Source: Bradymonadia bacterium
GTDB taxonomy: Bacteria; Myxococcota_A; Bradymonadia; UBA7976; UBA1532
NCBI GenBank assembly: GCA_046290225.1
Contig: JBKAGE010000035.1
Coordinates: 32,001-96,000 of the forward strand
Direction: 5' to 3'
Length of the DNA: 64,000 bases
Within the stretch, counting starts at the first letter, position 1. Each line of letters starts with the position of its first letter. The notes beneath the pieces are model-generated. The model worked only from the letters and a program-made list of their open reading frames with translations. It made no database searches and was not told the origin of the DNA. This document shows, one piece after another, positions 1 through 9,442 of the stretch. The translations under genes and the position numbers were made by a program.

Positions 1-49
1 AGGCACGATCGTTCGAGGTGCCGAACATCTTGGTAAGGGCTTTGAGCAT
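1..49 (-). CDS. secA: Preprotein translocase SecA, N-terminal 16 codons (runs off the window)
   Basis: Reverse strand reads ATG at 49: MLKALTKMFGTSNDRA, matching the typical SecA start (L.K.FG..NDR); GGAG Shine-Dalgarno upstream. Not in the ORF track. Confidence 0.75.
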   Translation of the reverse strand, partial: MLKALTKMFGTSNDRA

Positions 50-274
50 CGAGAAGCTCCCTTATGGGGAGGTGGGCATGGGGCGGGTATTGTAAGGACG
101 CCCTTAGACAGCGCAAGGGCCCCACTCAACAAACGCCCCAAGGTATCCCTCAGAATGCCGGGGGACAACAGCCACCGCTCCGGGAACAAACCCATAGAGA
201 GGGCACCCTGCCGAGCGGCATCTACACGAAAGTCACCTGTAGAAACGCGCCGTCCACGCCGAAGGATTCTACGC

Positions 275-1084
275 ATGAACGCTGACACCCGAGAAAAATC
301 GACAGAGGCGGGTCGCTACAACCCGGGCCTCTTCGAAAATGCCCGCTGGGACGACGCGCCCTCAAAGTGGGAGCTCAAGCGTTTCGAACACACCCTGGCC
401 CTGATCCCCGAAGAGACCCACACGGTGCTCGACGTGGGCTGCGGTGGCGGCAACCTGACACATCGCATCGCCGAGCGCGGGCATCAGGTGATGGGCACCG
501 ACTACGCCTTCGAGGGTCTGGCCCGGCTGAGGGTGCCCGGAGTGCGGGCCTCCGCAGATGCGCTGCCGTTCCCAGATGACGCCTTCGACGTGGTGGTCTG
601 CTCCGAAGTGATCGAGCACCTGCCCTCACCGCTGTTCGAAGATGCCCTGAAGGAGCTCTGGCGCGTGGCCCGCCGCTCGGTGGTGATCACGGTGCCCTAC
701 CGGGAGACGCTCTCCGACGCCCACACGGCCTGCCCGAACTGCGGCGAGGTGTTCAACGCCCACGGGCACCTGCGCAGCTTCGAGCCTGCGGTGGTGGCCT
801 CGCTGCTCCCGGGGAACGTGCGCACTTCGGTGCTGGCGAAGCCGCGACGGTATTACGATCCGCGCCTGATGTGGGTGATGCAGAACGTGCTGCACCGCTA
901 CGGGTACATCGCCTGGGCGGTTTGTCCGTCGTGCGGCAACGACGATTTTTCGACGCTGAAGACAGATCTGGTACGCAAAGGGCTGATGGGCATCAACCAC
1001 GTACTGCACCGCGGAAAGATGGTCACTGGGGGCTGGATCCTCGCCCGCTTCGACAAGCCCGTCAGCGCCCGAGACGACGCTTGA
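275..1084 (+). CDS. Class I SAM-dependent methyltransferase with two CxxC motifs
   Basis: VLDVGCGGG motif I, LPFPDDAFDVVVCSEVIEHL; CPNC and CPSC; start moved to ATG 275. Confidence 0.85.
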   Translation: MNADTREKSTEAGRYNPGLFENARWDDAPSKWELKRFEHTLALIPEETHTVLDVGCGGGNLTHRIAERGHQVMGTDYAFEGLARLRVPGVRASADALPFPDDAFDVVVCSEVIEHLPSPLFEDALKELWRVARRSVVITVPYRETLSDAHTACPNCGEVFNAHGHLRSFEPAVVASLLPGNVRTSVLAKPRRYYDPRLMWVMQNVLHRYGYIAWAVCPSCGNDDFSTLKTDLVRKGLMGINHVLHRGKMVTGGWILARFDKPVSARDDA

Positions 1085-2531
1085 CGATCCCCACGAGCTG
1101 GCCCACCGATACGCGCCCCGTGACCTGATAAGCAACGAGCAACACCAGCCCGAACACGCCACCGGCGATCGACAGCCGCCAGAAGTCCCCCAGCTCGGAC
1201 CAGAATCCCAACTGAGACAGCCCCCAGCTCGGTGCCAGCGCCAGGGCCGCCAGTAACACCGTGAAGCCCACGTCGCCCCAGGCCACCACCTTCGCCGTCG
1301 GCGTCTCCATCAGACCGCCGATCACCCAGATGAAGCCGCCGATGATCAGATAGGTGCTGATCACCGTGGCCCAGGCCGCCCCCACCGGGCCCAGCCAGTG
1401 CACCAGCACCACTGACAAGAGCGCGTTCATCCCCAACAGGATCGCCGTGAGCACCGTGATCGTGCGGGTGCGCCCCGCCGCCATCAGCACTGCCCCGTAC
1501 ACCGCGGCGCGGCCTGGGAGCAGCAGCGCATACACACGGAACGGCTCCGCGCTGCCCTCGTAGGCGCTCGAGAACAGCACCCGCATGATCTCCGGGGCCA
1601 TGAGCAGCACGAAGACCATCGTCGGGGCCAGGATCAACATCGACTTGCCCATGGCCCGCTGCCAGAGCGCCACGATCTCCCCCCGCTGGCCGTCGCGATA
1701 CATCCGGGCCATGTCCGGCAGCAGGATCGCAGTGATGCTGCCGGTGATGGCCCCGATGAGGGGCAGCTCCATGGCCCCGTTGGCGTAGATCGCGTAGGCC
1801 TCCGTGCTCGCCGAGGACGACACGATGATCTGATCGAGCTTGCGGGACAGCATGCCGATCATGCTCGCCAGGCCCAGCGGCACCGCGTAACGCAGATGAT
1901 CGAGGCCGTTCGACAACGCAAAGGTGCTCTGCGTGCCCGCCGTCGATCGCCACATCAGCCAGAGGCCTGGGCCTGCGGTGAGGGCAGCCCCCACCACCAG
2001 CGCCGTAATCACCGCCACCGGGGTGGCCCAGATCACGCCTGCGGCGATGACCAGACCCAGAGAGACCACCTGGGAGATCACCGGGAACAGCGCCGACCAC
2101 TGCACCTGATCTCGGGCGATGAGGCAGGCCTGCAGCGCCGAGATCGGGAACATGAACAGCCCGTACGGGATCAAAATCAGCAACGTCAGCGACAGGATGG
2201 GCGTGTCGAAGGCCCAGGCGAGCAGATGATTGCCCCCAAGGGCGATGAGCACGGCGAAGAGGGCGCCGCCTAGGGTGAGGGTGAGCAGATGCTCCGTGAG
2301 CACCCCTCGGGCACGCTCCGGCTCTCGGGGCATGAAGTAGAGCAGGGCCTTGGGCAGGCCGAGCATCAGCAGCGGCGCCACCGTCTCGTACACGAGGCGC
2401 GTCTGTCTCCAGACGCCATAGTCTTCCTGGACGAGCACGCGGGAGAGCACGGCCCCCCCGGCGAGGCCCGCGAGGGCTGCCATGGTGCGGCCGATGGCGA
2501 GGGTGGCGGCTTTGAGGGCCCGTGAGGCCAC
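1062..2531 (-). CDS. Oligosaccharide flippase (Wzx/MOP superfamily)
   Basis: About 12-14 hydrophobic segments; SRVL...DYG start; LRYAVPLG and KLDQIIV..YAIY motifs typical of Wzx. Confidence 0.8.
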   Translation of the reverse strand: MASRALKAATLAIGRTMAALAGLAGGAVLSRVLVQEDYGVWRQTRLVYETVAPLLMLGLPKALLYFMPREPERARGVLTEHLLTLTLGGALFAVLIALGGNHLLAWAFDTPILSLTLLILIPYGLFMFPISALQACLIARDQVQWSALFPVISQVVSLGLVIAAGVIWATPVAVITALVVGAALTAGPGLWLMWRSTAGTQSTFALSNGLDHLRYAVPLGLASMIGMLSRKLDQIIVSSSASTEAYAIYANGAMELPLIGAITGSITAILLPDMARMYRDGQRGEIVALWQRAMGKSMLILAPTMVFVLLMAPEIMRVLFSSAYEGSAEPFRVYALLLPGRAAVYGAVLMAAGRTRTITVLTAILLGMNALLSVVLVHWLGPVGAAWATVISTYLIIGGFIWVIGGLMETPTAKVVAWGDVGFTVLLAALALAPSWGLSQLGFWSELGDFWRLSIAGGVFGLVLLVAYQVTGRVSVGQLVGIVKRRLGR

Positions 2532-2537
2532 GGCGAT

Positions 2538-3776
2538 CTACCAGCGCCAGGCGGCGCCGATCTCCAGAAGAAATCGGGTCGAAGTCACGGCGTCAGCCTC
2601 CAGATTGGTGTCCACGCCTTCCAGCTCTCCCGTGAGACCCGTGTCGTGGTGCAGCAATCCCAACAACGCGGTGATCTCGAAGGTGCTGCGACGCGCTCGG
2701 CGCAACTTGAAGGGCCAGGTGCCGCCGACGCCTGCGCCCCAGTGCCAGCCCCAGCCCGAGAGAGACGCGTCCCGCTCGCCGCCACCAGGGCGGGGCACCG
2801 CGAGCTCACCCGAAAGATGGCTGGGGCCCAACCATGTGGTGCCGTAGAGGCGTATCTTGCCCACAGGCAGCACATAGCGCGCCTCGGCGCCGAGATCGAA
2901 CAGCCGGGCCTGACCCGTGTCGCTCACGTCGCTCCGGGTCAAGACGTCGTCGTCGAGCTCGACCGCCGTCCAGCGCAGCCGGCCACCGACCCAGAGATCG
3001 GGCAACGCCTCGTAGAGCATTGCGCCGGTGAAGCCAAAGCCGATGCCCAGACCAGGATCTCCAGAGTCCACGGGAGAGCCTGCTCTGAGGTTGTCGGTCT
3101 CGAAGGTGCCGCCAAAGGTGAAGCTCACGGCGCCTTCGACCTGCAAATGATTCTTGAGCAAGGACCGTCGACGGACTGGCTTGATGAAGGGCTCGGGTTT
3201 GCCTTTCTTCGGGTCCGCCTTTGCCTGAGGTGTCTGGGCTTCTGTTTTTTGGGGCTCAGGCTTTTGAGCACCAGCTTTTTGAGGCCCTGATGCCTGACTC
3301 GCGGGGTTTTTCTCCAACTCAGCGATGCGGGCCTTCACCTCGGCCTCGTCCTCGGCCCCCTGATGACGGGCGAGATAGGCGTGGTAGTGCAGCACCGCCT
3401 TGTCTTTGTCGCCCGACAGCTCCACCGCCCGGGCCAAGTTGAAGAGCAGGTTCGGCGCCGGATCGAAGTTGTAGGCCCGCTGAAATCGATCCGCGGCCTC
3501 GGCGTACTCCCCCGTCTGGAACAGGGTGATGCCCTCTTCGTAATACCGCGACGCCGCCTGCTTCGGATCAGACGTCGCCCCGTCAGCAGGCTGAGCCTTC
3601 TCACCTGTAGGGGGCGGCATGCGCTGGGCATAAATTTCGGGGCTCACCGAGAGCCCGATGACCAGAGCCACAGCCCGGGCCCACGTCGACGACCGCCTCA
3701 CGTGCCTGTGGCCGGGCGGTTGCTCAAATGAAGAACTTTCTTGTGCGACGAAGCCCATGTGCCGTTTCTCGTTCAT
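2538..3776 (-). CDS. Secreted TPR protein with C-terminal outer-membrane beta-barrel
   Basis: Signal-like segment, TPR (YAEAADRFQRAYNFDPAPNLLFNLA), alternating beta-strands ending in aromatic WRW. True start may lie downstream of 3776. Confidence 0.7.
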   Translation of the reverse strand: MNEKRHMGFVAQESSSFEQPPGHRHVRRSSTWARAVALVIGLSVSPEIYAQRMPPPTGEKAQPADGATSDPKQAASRYYEEGITLFQTGEYAEAADRFQRAYNFDPAPNLLFNLARAVELSGDKDKAVLHYHAYLARHQGAEDEAEVKARIAELEKNPASQASGPQKAGAQKPEPQKTEAQTPQAKADPKKGKPEPFIKPVRRRSLLKNHLQVEGAVSFTFGGTFETDNLRAGSPVDSGDPGLGIGFGFTGAMLYEALPDLWVGGRLRWTAVELDDDVLTRSDVSDTGQARLFDLGAEARYVLPVGKIRLYGTTWLGPSHLSGELAVPRPGGGERDASLSGWGWHWGAGVGGTWPFKLRRARRSTFEITALLGLLHHDTGLTGELEGVDTNLEADAVTSTRFLLEIGAAWRW

Positions 3777-3909
3777 GAGTGCATTGGGCGCTCATCAAAG
3801 GTGGCCCATCAGGGCAACCTGCTTCAGAGGCCTCGCCCTCGAAAGCATGTTGTCCATTTTGAAACCGTGGGCCGTCGTCGGACGTATCGAAGAATAGAGA
3901 CCCCCGATC

Positions 3910-6900
3910 GTGTTGTCGGGGAAGCACCTTGGAAGTCGCGTTGTCGATGACGAGGTGTTCTCAGTAGACTCGATCGCGATCGGCCGCTCATCGCAGAGGA
4001 TGAGGTCGATCATCATGCAGCGCAAGTTTCCAGCACCCTCGACATCGCCTCAACTCGGGGGCACCGAGGGGTCTGGAGACACCGGTACCTGGAAGAGCCA
4101 GATGTCCAAATCTGCCGCCGCCCTCATCGCCCTGGTCTCTGCTTTCTACCTGAGCATCTCCGCCCACTATGGAGATCAGGGTTGGCAGGTACAGCTCGCA
4201 CCTCACGCCGCGCACGCCGCTGGCGGAGAAGCGGACGAGCAATATGATCTCACGCGACTCGACGTGCTCAACCGGGCGGTGATCCGCATCAAGGAGAACT
4301 ACGTCGACCCCGAGCGCATCGACGAGCGCAAGATGATCGGCGCCGCCATGCAGGCGATCCAGCGCGACGTGGCGGAGCTGCTCGTCGACGTCGAAAAGGA
4401 CGATGACGGTGCCCCGGTGAAGATCACCGTGCGCATCGCCGAGGCCAGCGAGAGCTTCGAGGTGGACGACGTCGACAACCTCTGGAAGCTGTCTTTCAAG
4501 TTCAAGGACATCTTCAAGTTCATCCAGGCCAACCTGAAACATCACAAGAAGCTGCGCGATGTCGAATATGCCGCCATCGACGGCATGCTCAGCACCCTCG
4601 ACCCCCACAGCGTGCTGCTGCGCCCGGAAGATCACCAGGAGATGAAGCTCTCTACCCGGGGCAAGTTCGGCGGACTCGGCATCGTGATCAGCGTGCGCGA
4701 GGGCCAGCTGGTGGTGGTGAACCCCATCGAAGACACCCCGGCGAGCCGCGCTGGGGTCAAGGCCGGTGACAAGCTGGTGCAGATCGGCCTCGACAGCACG
4801 GTGAACATGGCCTTGAGCGAGGCCGTGGACATGCTCCGGGGGCCGCCGAACACCAAGGCCGACATCTGGTTGATGCGGGAGGGCTGGAAGAAGCCCCGCA
4901 AGTTCACCCTCACCCGGGCGAACATCAAGGTGAAGAGCGTCACCTACAAGCCCCTCAAGAAGAAGATCGGCCTCGTACGCTTGCGCAGCTTCCAGGGCAC
5001 CACCGCTCAGGAGCTCAAGGTGGCCATCAAGAAGCTCAGCCGCGAGATGAAGGGCCTCGAGGGCCTGATCATCGATCTGCGGGGCAACCCCGGCGGGCTG
5101 CTCGACCAGGCCATCAAGGTCTCCGACATGTTCATCAAGAGCGGTACTTTGGTGACCACCGTGGGCGTCGGCGACAAGCTGCGCGAGCAGAAGGTGGCCA
5201 CCAAGGCCGAGACCCGGGCCGACCTGCCTCTGGCGGTGCTCATCAACGACGGCAGCGCCAGCGCCAGCGAGATCGTCGCCGGGGCGCTGAAGAACCACAA
5301 CCGGGCGGTGCTCGTTGGTCAGCGCAGCTTCGGCAAGGGCTCGGTGCAGGTCATCTACGACAACAAAGACGACAGCGCCATCAAGCTCACCATCGCCCAG
5401 TACCTCACCCCTGGTGACATCAGCATCCAGTCCGTGGGCGTGGCGCCGGACATTCAGGTGAAGCCCATCACGCTCACCGAGAACGACACCGACTTCTTCC
5501 GGAGCGAGGCCTTCAAGCGGGGCGAGGACGAGCTCGACATGCACCTCGAGCACAAGAGCAGCGAGATCTCGAAGGCCCAGCGGCCCACCCACCGCGTGCG
5601 CTACCTGCAAGACCCCGAGAAGGCCAAGGAGATCGCCGAGAGCCCCAACAAGATCATCGAAGACTTCGAGATCGAGATCGCCACGGCGCTGCTCTCGCAG
5701 ATCAAAGAGAGCCACCGGCCCACCTTCCTCGAGAAGGCTGGCGGGGTGGTGCAGCAGTTCGCCGATCGGGAGCAGGGCAAGATCGCTGATAACCTCGAAG
5801 CCCGCGGCGTGCAGTGGGCAGCGAAGCCCAAGGACTCTGGCAAGAACAAGGCCCAGGGCAGCGTGGCCCTCGAGCTGTCGACCCAGGAGCCCATCGGCGC
5901 CGGCGACGAGTTCACCTTCACCGCCACCATCACCAACACCGGCAAGACCCCCTTCCACCAGCTGCGGGCCTTCTCCCGTAGTCGGAACAGCTTCTTCGAC
6001 GGCCGCGAGTTCCTCTTCGGCACCGTGCCCCCTGGGGCCTCCCGCAGCTGGTCCCTCAAGCTGAAGATGCCCAAGAGCATCCTCACCCGCCGCGACGAGG
6101 TCTGGCTCGAGTTCCGAGACGCCTTCACCGGCGAGGTGGCCGTCAGCCGCACCCTCAAGAAGCCTGGCAAGGCCGTCGTCAAGGGCCTGCCCACGGCGCC
6201 GAGCATCAAGATCAGCACCGCGCAGCTGCCCCGGCCGCGCTTCGCCCTCACATGGCGGGTGGACGACTCCAAGCTGGGGAACAACGACGGCCTGCTGCAG
6301 CGTGGCGAGGAGGCCGAGCTGGTGGTCGGCATCACCAACGTCGGCGAGGGCCGCAGCTTCACCACCCTCGCCACCCTGCGCAACGACAAGGATCAGCCCG
6401 GTGGCCGCGCCGTCTTCATCAAACGCGGCCGGGTGAACCGCGACGACATGAAGCCCGGAGACGAAGGCACCGCCCGCTTCAGCTTCAAGGTCAAAGAAGG
6501 CCTCGATCAGCCCGAGGCGAAGATCGAGGTGAGCGTGATCGACGTCGACATCCGAGTCATCACCTCGGAAGAGGTCACGCTGCCGGTGTACCCCCAGGAG
6601 AAATCTCTCGACGCGTACACCGCTCACCTCGCCCCCCGACGCGGCGGTGAGATCACTCTGCGAGGTGTGGCCCTCGACGCCGCCCCTGCGGTGAAGGTGG
6701 CCCAGGGCCACGTGAAGGCCGACGCCCGCCTCGATGACTGGTACCGCGTGCCCCTCGAGGGTGGCGGCCACGGCTGGGTCTACTCCAAAGAGGTGGTGGA
6801 GGCCACCGCCCCGTCGAGCCCCGCAGCGGTGCGGGCGGCGACCCCCGCGGGCCCGCCGGTGATCAACCTCACAGACCGCTCTGCAGAGGTGGAGACCCAG

Positions 6901-7149
6901 GACGACGTGCTGGTGCTCAGCGGTGAAGCCCTGGGCCGCCGCCTCATCAAGGACATGCTCATCTTCGTGAACAACAAGAAGGTGTTCTTCAAGTCGAACC
7001 AGGGCCTCGGCGGCGACGAGCCCGGGCGCCTGCAGTTCAGCGCTCGGGTGCCCCTAGACAAGGGTGTGAACCGCATCACCCTCATCGCCCGTGAGGACGA
7101 GGAGCGAGCGAGCCAACGTACGGTCATCGTGAACCGCGCCGCCCCCTGA
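3910..7149 (+). CDS. S41 family carboxy-terminal protease (CtpA-like, long myxobacterial MXAN_5808-type)
   Basis: LDPHS, GGLGI PDZ, DLRGNPGG, SASASE catalytic Ser, GKGSVQ Lys; long C-terminal Ig-like extension. Start uncertain (3910-4102). Confidence 0.9.
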   Translation: MLSGKHLGSRVVDDEVFSVDSIAIGRSSQRMRSIIMQRKFPAPSTSPQLGGTEGSGDTGTWKSQMSKSAAALIALVSAFYLSISAHYGDQGWQVQLAPHAAHAAGGEADEQYDLTRLDVLNRAVIRIKENYVDPERIDERKMIGAAMQAIQRDVAELLVDVEKDDDGAPVKITVRIAEASESFEVDDVDNLWKLSFKFKDIFKFIQANLKHHKKLRDVEYAAIDGMLSTLDPHSVLLRPEDHQEMKLSTRGKFGGLGIVISVREGQLVVVNPIEDTPASRAGVKAGDKLVQIGLDSTVNMALSEAVDMLRGPPNTKADIWLMREGWKKPRKFTLTRANIKVKSVTYKPLKKKIGLVRLRSFQGTTAQELKVAIKKLSREMKGLEGLIIDLRGNPGGLLDQAIKVSDMFIKSGTLVTTVGVGDKLREQKVATKAETRADLPLAVLINDGSASASEIVAGALKNHNRAVLVGQRSFGKGSVQVIYDNKDDSAIKLTIAQYLTPGDISIQSVGVAPDIQVKPITLTENDTDFFRSEAFKRGEDELDMHLEHKSSEISKAQRPTHRVRYLQDPEKAKEIAESPNKIIEDFEIEIATALLSQIKESHRPTFLEKAGGVVQQFADREQGKIADNLEARGVQWAAKPKDSGKNKAQGSVALELSTQEPIGAGDEFTFTATITNTGKTPFHQLRAFSRSRNSFFDGREFLFGTVPPGASRSWSLKLKMPKSILTRRDEVWLEFRDAFTGEVAVSRTLKKPGKAVVKGLPTAPSIKISTAQLPRPRFALTWRVDDSKLGNNDGLLQRGEEAELVVGITNVGEGRSFTTLATLRNDKDQPGGRAVFIKRGRVNRDDMKPGDEGTARFSFKVKEGLDQPEAKIEVSVIDVDIRVITSEEVTLPVYPQEKSLDAYTAHLAPRRGGEITLRGVALDAAPAVKVAQGHVKADARLDDWYRVPLEGGGHGWVYSKEVVEATAPSSPAAVRAATPAGPPVINLTDRSAEVETQDDVLVLSGEALGRRLIKDMLIFVNNKKVFFKSNQGLGGDEPGRLQFSARVPLDKGVNRITLIAREDEERASQRTVIVNRAAP

Positions 7150-7190
7150 TCGCTCCCTGGTCGACGACGTGCTTACGCCCGAGCGGTCAC

Positions 7191-7964
7191 CTACTCGGGC
7201 GTTTCTGTATGTGCGGCGCCATGCAAGCGCTCGATGAAACGCTCAGCGAGCAGATAGGCGTCACCGGGCCACCGCCCCGAGACATAACGGCCGTCTTCCA
7301 CCACGAAGGCGGCGCGATGATCTGTGCGTGAGCCTCGAGCCATCAGGTGTATCGGTCCGCGCACAAATTGCGCCTTGGCATCTTCGAGGGCCTCTTTCAC
7401 CTCATCTTGCACATACGCCGGGTACGTTCGGTAATAGCGGCCCAGCTTCCAGGCGGTGAGCCAGTACGCGCTGCGCTCCATGTACTTTGGCAGGCAGGTG
7501 GTGCGCGCGCCGTGCAAGATCGATCGCCCACTCTCGGGATCGACGCTGCGGGCGAGGACCAGCACCCCATGGCAGATCGCTGCCACGGGCTTCTCGGTGC
7601 GCCAGAAGCTGGCCACGTGGCGCTGCAACTGCTCGCTGGCCAGATATTGCCGCATGCCCTGGGCGTGACCTCCAGGCAGCAAGAGGCCGTCGAAGTCGTC
7701 GAAGCTGCTCAGCGTCGACCACGCCAGAGGTGACGTGAAGCGCTCGTCGGTGCTCATCTGCTCATAGAACTGCTTGGGCTCGGGATCCGCGCCGAGTTGT
7801 CCGAAGATCACCCCTGACAGCAACAGCGGATCTGCAGCTGGGGTCTCTCCAGACTCTGTGGCGAAGACCACCTCGATGCCCGCGTCGGTGAGCAATCGCC
7901 ACGGCACGGAGACCTCAGTGACGTCGAAATCGCGATCCGGCAAGGGGCAAATCACGCGGCGCAT
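7191..7964 (-). CDS. DJ-1/PfpI (type 1 glutamine amidotransferase-like) protein
   Basis: DVTEV Glu, LLLPGGH, AAICHG nucleophile elbow. Confidence 0.85.
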   Translation of the reverse strand: MRRVICPLPDRDFDVTEVSVPWRLLTDAGIEVVFATESGETPAADPLLLSGVIFGQLGADPEPKQFYEQMSTDERFTSPLAWSTLSSFDDFDGLLLPGGHAQGMRQYLASEQLQRHVASFWRTEKPVAAICHGVLVLARSVDPESGRSILHGARTTCLPKYMERSAYWLTAWKLGRYYRTYPAYVQDEVKEALEDAKAQFVRGPIHLMARGSRTDHRAAFVVEDGRYVSGRWPGDAYLLAERFIERLHGAAHTETPE

Positions 7965-7981
7965 CGTCGTATCCTGTTCAT

Positions 7982-9313
7982 CAATGGCGCGGGAGACCCC
8001 TTCCTTTAGGGAGAGGATGGATAGCGCCGCTCCAAGTTGGTGAGTGGTGCAAGCCCTCTATACAGAGAACGAATGAGCAGGTAAATTAGGCAGGTGGACA
8101 TCAAGCGCGCATACCGATTCAGGTTCTACCCTGGCGACGAGCAGGCGAAGCAGCTTGCCCAGACGTTTGGGTGTGTGCGTTTCGTCTATAACTGGGCACT
8201 CAGGCTACGCAGTGACGCCTGGAAGCATCACCAAGAGAGCATCAGCTACGGCCAGTCCTCCGCAGCCCTCACGGCCCTCAAGAAGATCCCAGAGTATGCG
8301 TGGCTCAAAGACGTGAGCAGCGTGCCCTTGCAGCAGACGCTGCGCCATCTCAACACAGCCTTTGGCAACTTCTTCTCCAAGCGGGGGCGTTATCCGAGCT
8401 TCAAGCGCAAGCACGGGCCTCAACCAGCAGAGTACACCCCCAGCGCCTTCAAGTGGGATGGTCAAACCCTCAAGCTCGCCAAGATGAAGCATCCCCTCGA
8501 TGTTCGGTGGTCGCGTCAAGTGCCCAAGGGCGCTCGGGTAACCACGGTGACCGTCTCCAGAGACGCCGCGGGGCGCTATTTCGTGTCCATGCTCGTCGAC
8601 GACGCCGTAGCACCCTTGCCCAAAGTGAAGGGCCAAGTAGGCATCGACCTGGGGCTGACACACTTCGCCACGCTGTCTACTGGCGAGAAGGTGGACCCCG
8701 CCAACGTATTGAGAAAGCACGAGAAGAAGCTGGCTCGCCTACAGCGACTGTTGGCCAGGAAAAAGAAGGGCTCGAGCAACCGAGCGAAAGCCCGCACCAA
8801 GGTTGCCCGCTTACATGCCCGCATCGCAGACATACGCAGGGACTTCCTGCATCAACTCTCTACTCGGCTCGTGCGCGAGAACCAAGTGATTGCCGTGGAG
8901 AGCTTGTCTGTGAGCAACATGTTGCGCAACCACAGGCTCGCCAAATCAATCGCCGACGCCAGCTGGTCGGAATTCTTGAGACAGCTTCAATACAAATGCC
9001 TGTGGTACGGGCGCACCCTCGTTGCCATCGACCGCTGGTTGCCCTCCAGCAAGCGATGCTCAGAGTGTGGTTATACCCACAAGAAGATGCCGCTCCATGT
9101 CCGGTCTTGGCAGTGCTCCGAATGCGGCGCCGCCCACGACCGCGACATAAACGCAGCACGCAACGTTTTGGCCGCCGGGCTGGCGGTTTCTGCCTGTGGA
9201 GAGTCTGTAAGACCCATCTGCGCTTCCGCGTAGGGAGGCACGGCTTGTTGAAGCAGGAAGCTCCCCGAAGTGACTCGGGGAATCCCCGTCCTTTAGGGCG
9301 GGGAGGATGTCAA
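7982..9313 (+). mobile_element. IS200/IS605-family non-autonomous element (tnpB only, IS1341-like)
   Basis: Subterminal hairpins CCCCTTCC-TTTA-GGGAGAGG (7997-8016) and CCCCGTCC-TTTA-GGGCGGGG (9284-9303); right end closes with TCAA (9310-9313); no tnpA. Left boundary is inferred. Confidence 0.85.
8094..9233 (+). CDS. tnpB: RNA-guided endonuclease TnpB
   Basis: AYRFRFYP...FGCVRFVYN N-terminus; RuvC motifs GIDLG, AVESL, DRDINAA; zinc finger CSEC...CSEC. Confidence 0.97.
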   Translation: MDIKRAYRFRFYPGDEQAKQLAQTFGCVRFVYNWALRLRSDAWKHHQESISYGQSSAALTALKKIPEYAWLKDVSSVPLQQTLRHLNTAFGNFFSKRGRYPSFKRKHGPQPAEYTPSAFKWDGQTLKLAKMKHPLDVRWSRQVPKGARVTTVTVSRDAAGRYFVSMLVDDAVAPLPKVKGQVGIDLGLTHFATLSTGEKVDPANVLRKHEKKLARLQRLLARKKKGSSNRAKARTKVARLHARIADIRRDFLHQLSTRLVRENQVIAVESLSVSNMLRNHRLAKSIADASWSEFLRQLQYKCLWYGRTLVAIDRWLPSSKRCSECGYTHKKMPLHVRSWQCSECGAAHDRDINAARNVLAAGLAVSACGESVRPICASA

Positions 9314-9333
9314 TTGAGATGTTGTGACTCTGG
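9170..9333 (+). ncRNA. Putative TnpB omega/reRNA (scaffold overlapping tnpB 3' end and right end; guide from the 3' flank)
   Basis: Inferred from established TnpB biology plus hairpins at 9263-9281 and 9284-9303; 5' limit is a guess. Confidence 0.6.
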
Positions 9334-9407
9334 CCAGTGGAGCCGACGAGAGCAAGGCCTGAGGGGCCCGGGCACACCGCCCCATCATCTACGTCAAAAA
9401 AACCCCT

Positions 9408-9435
9408 TTCACCCTTCGAACAGGCATGCTAGACA
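9408..9435 (+). promoter_or_regulatory. Candidate sigma70-type promoter for the retron-like RNA
   Basis: TTCACC (9408-9413), 16 bp, TGc-TAGACA extended -10 (9427-9435); predicted +1 near 9441-9443 coincides with the first inverted-repeat arm. Confidence 0.4.
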
Positions 9436-9442
9436 CCTGTAC

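Noticed and set aside
3988..6771. 927-aa minus-strand ORF (similar ones at 25359-26963, 50489-52357, 22744-24417, 11958-13433)
   Set aside because: Antisense shadows of well-supported genes, expected from high GC3 codon bias; no recognisable motifs.
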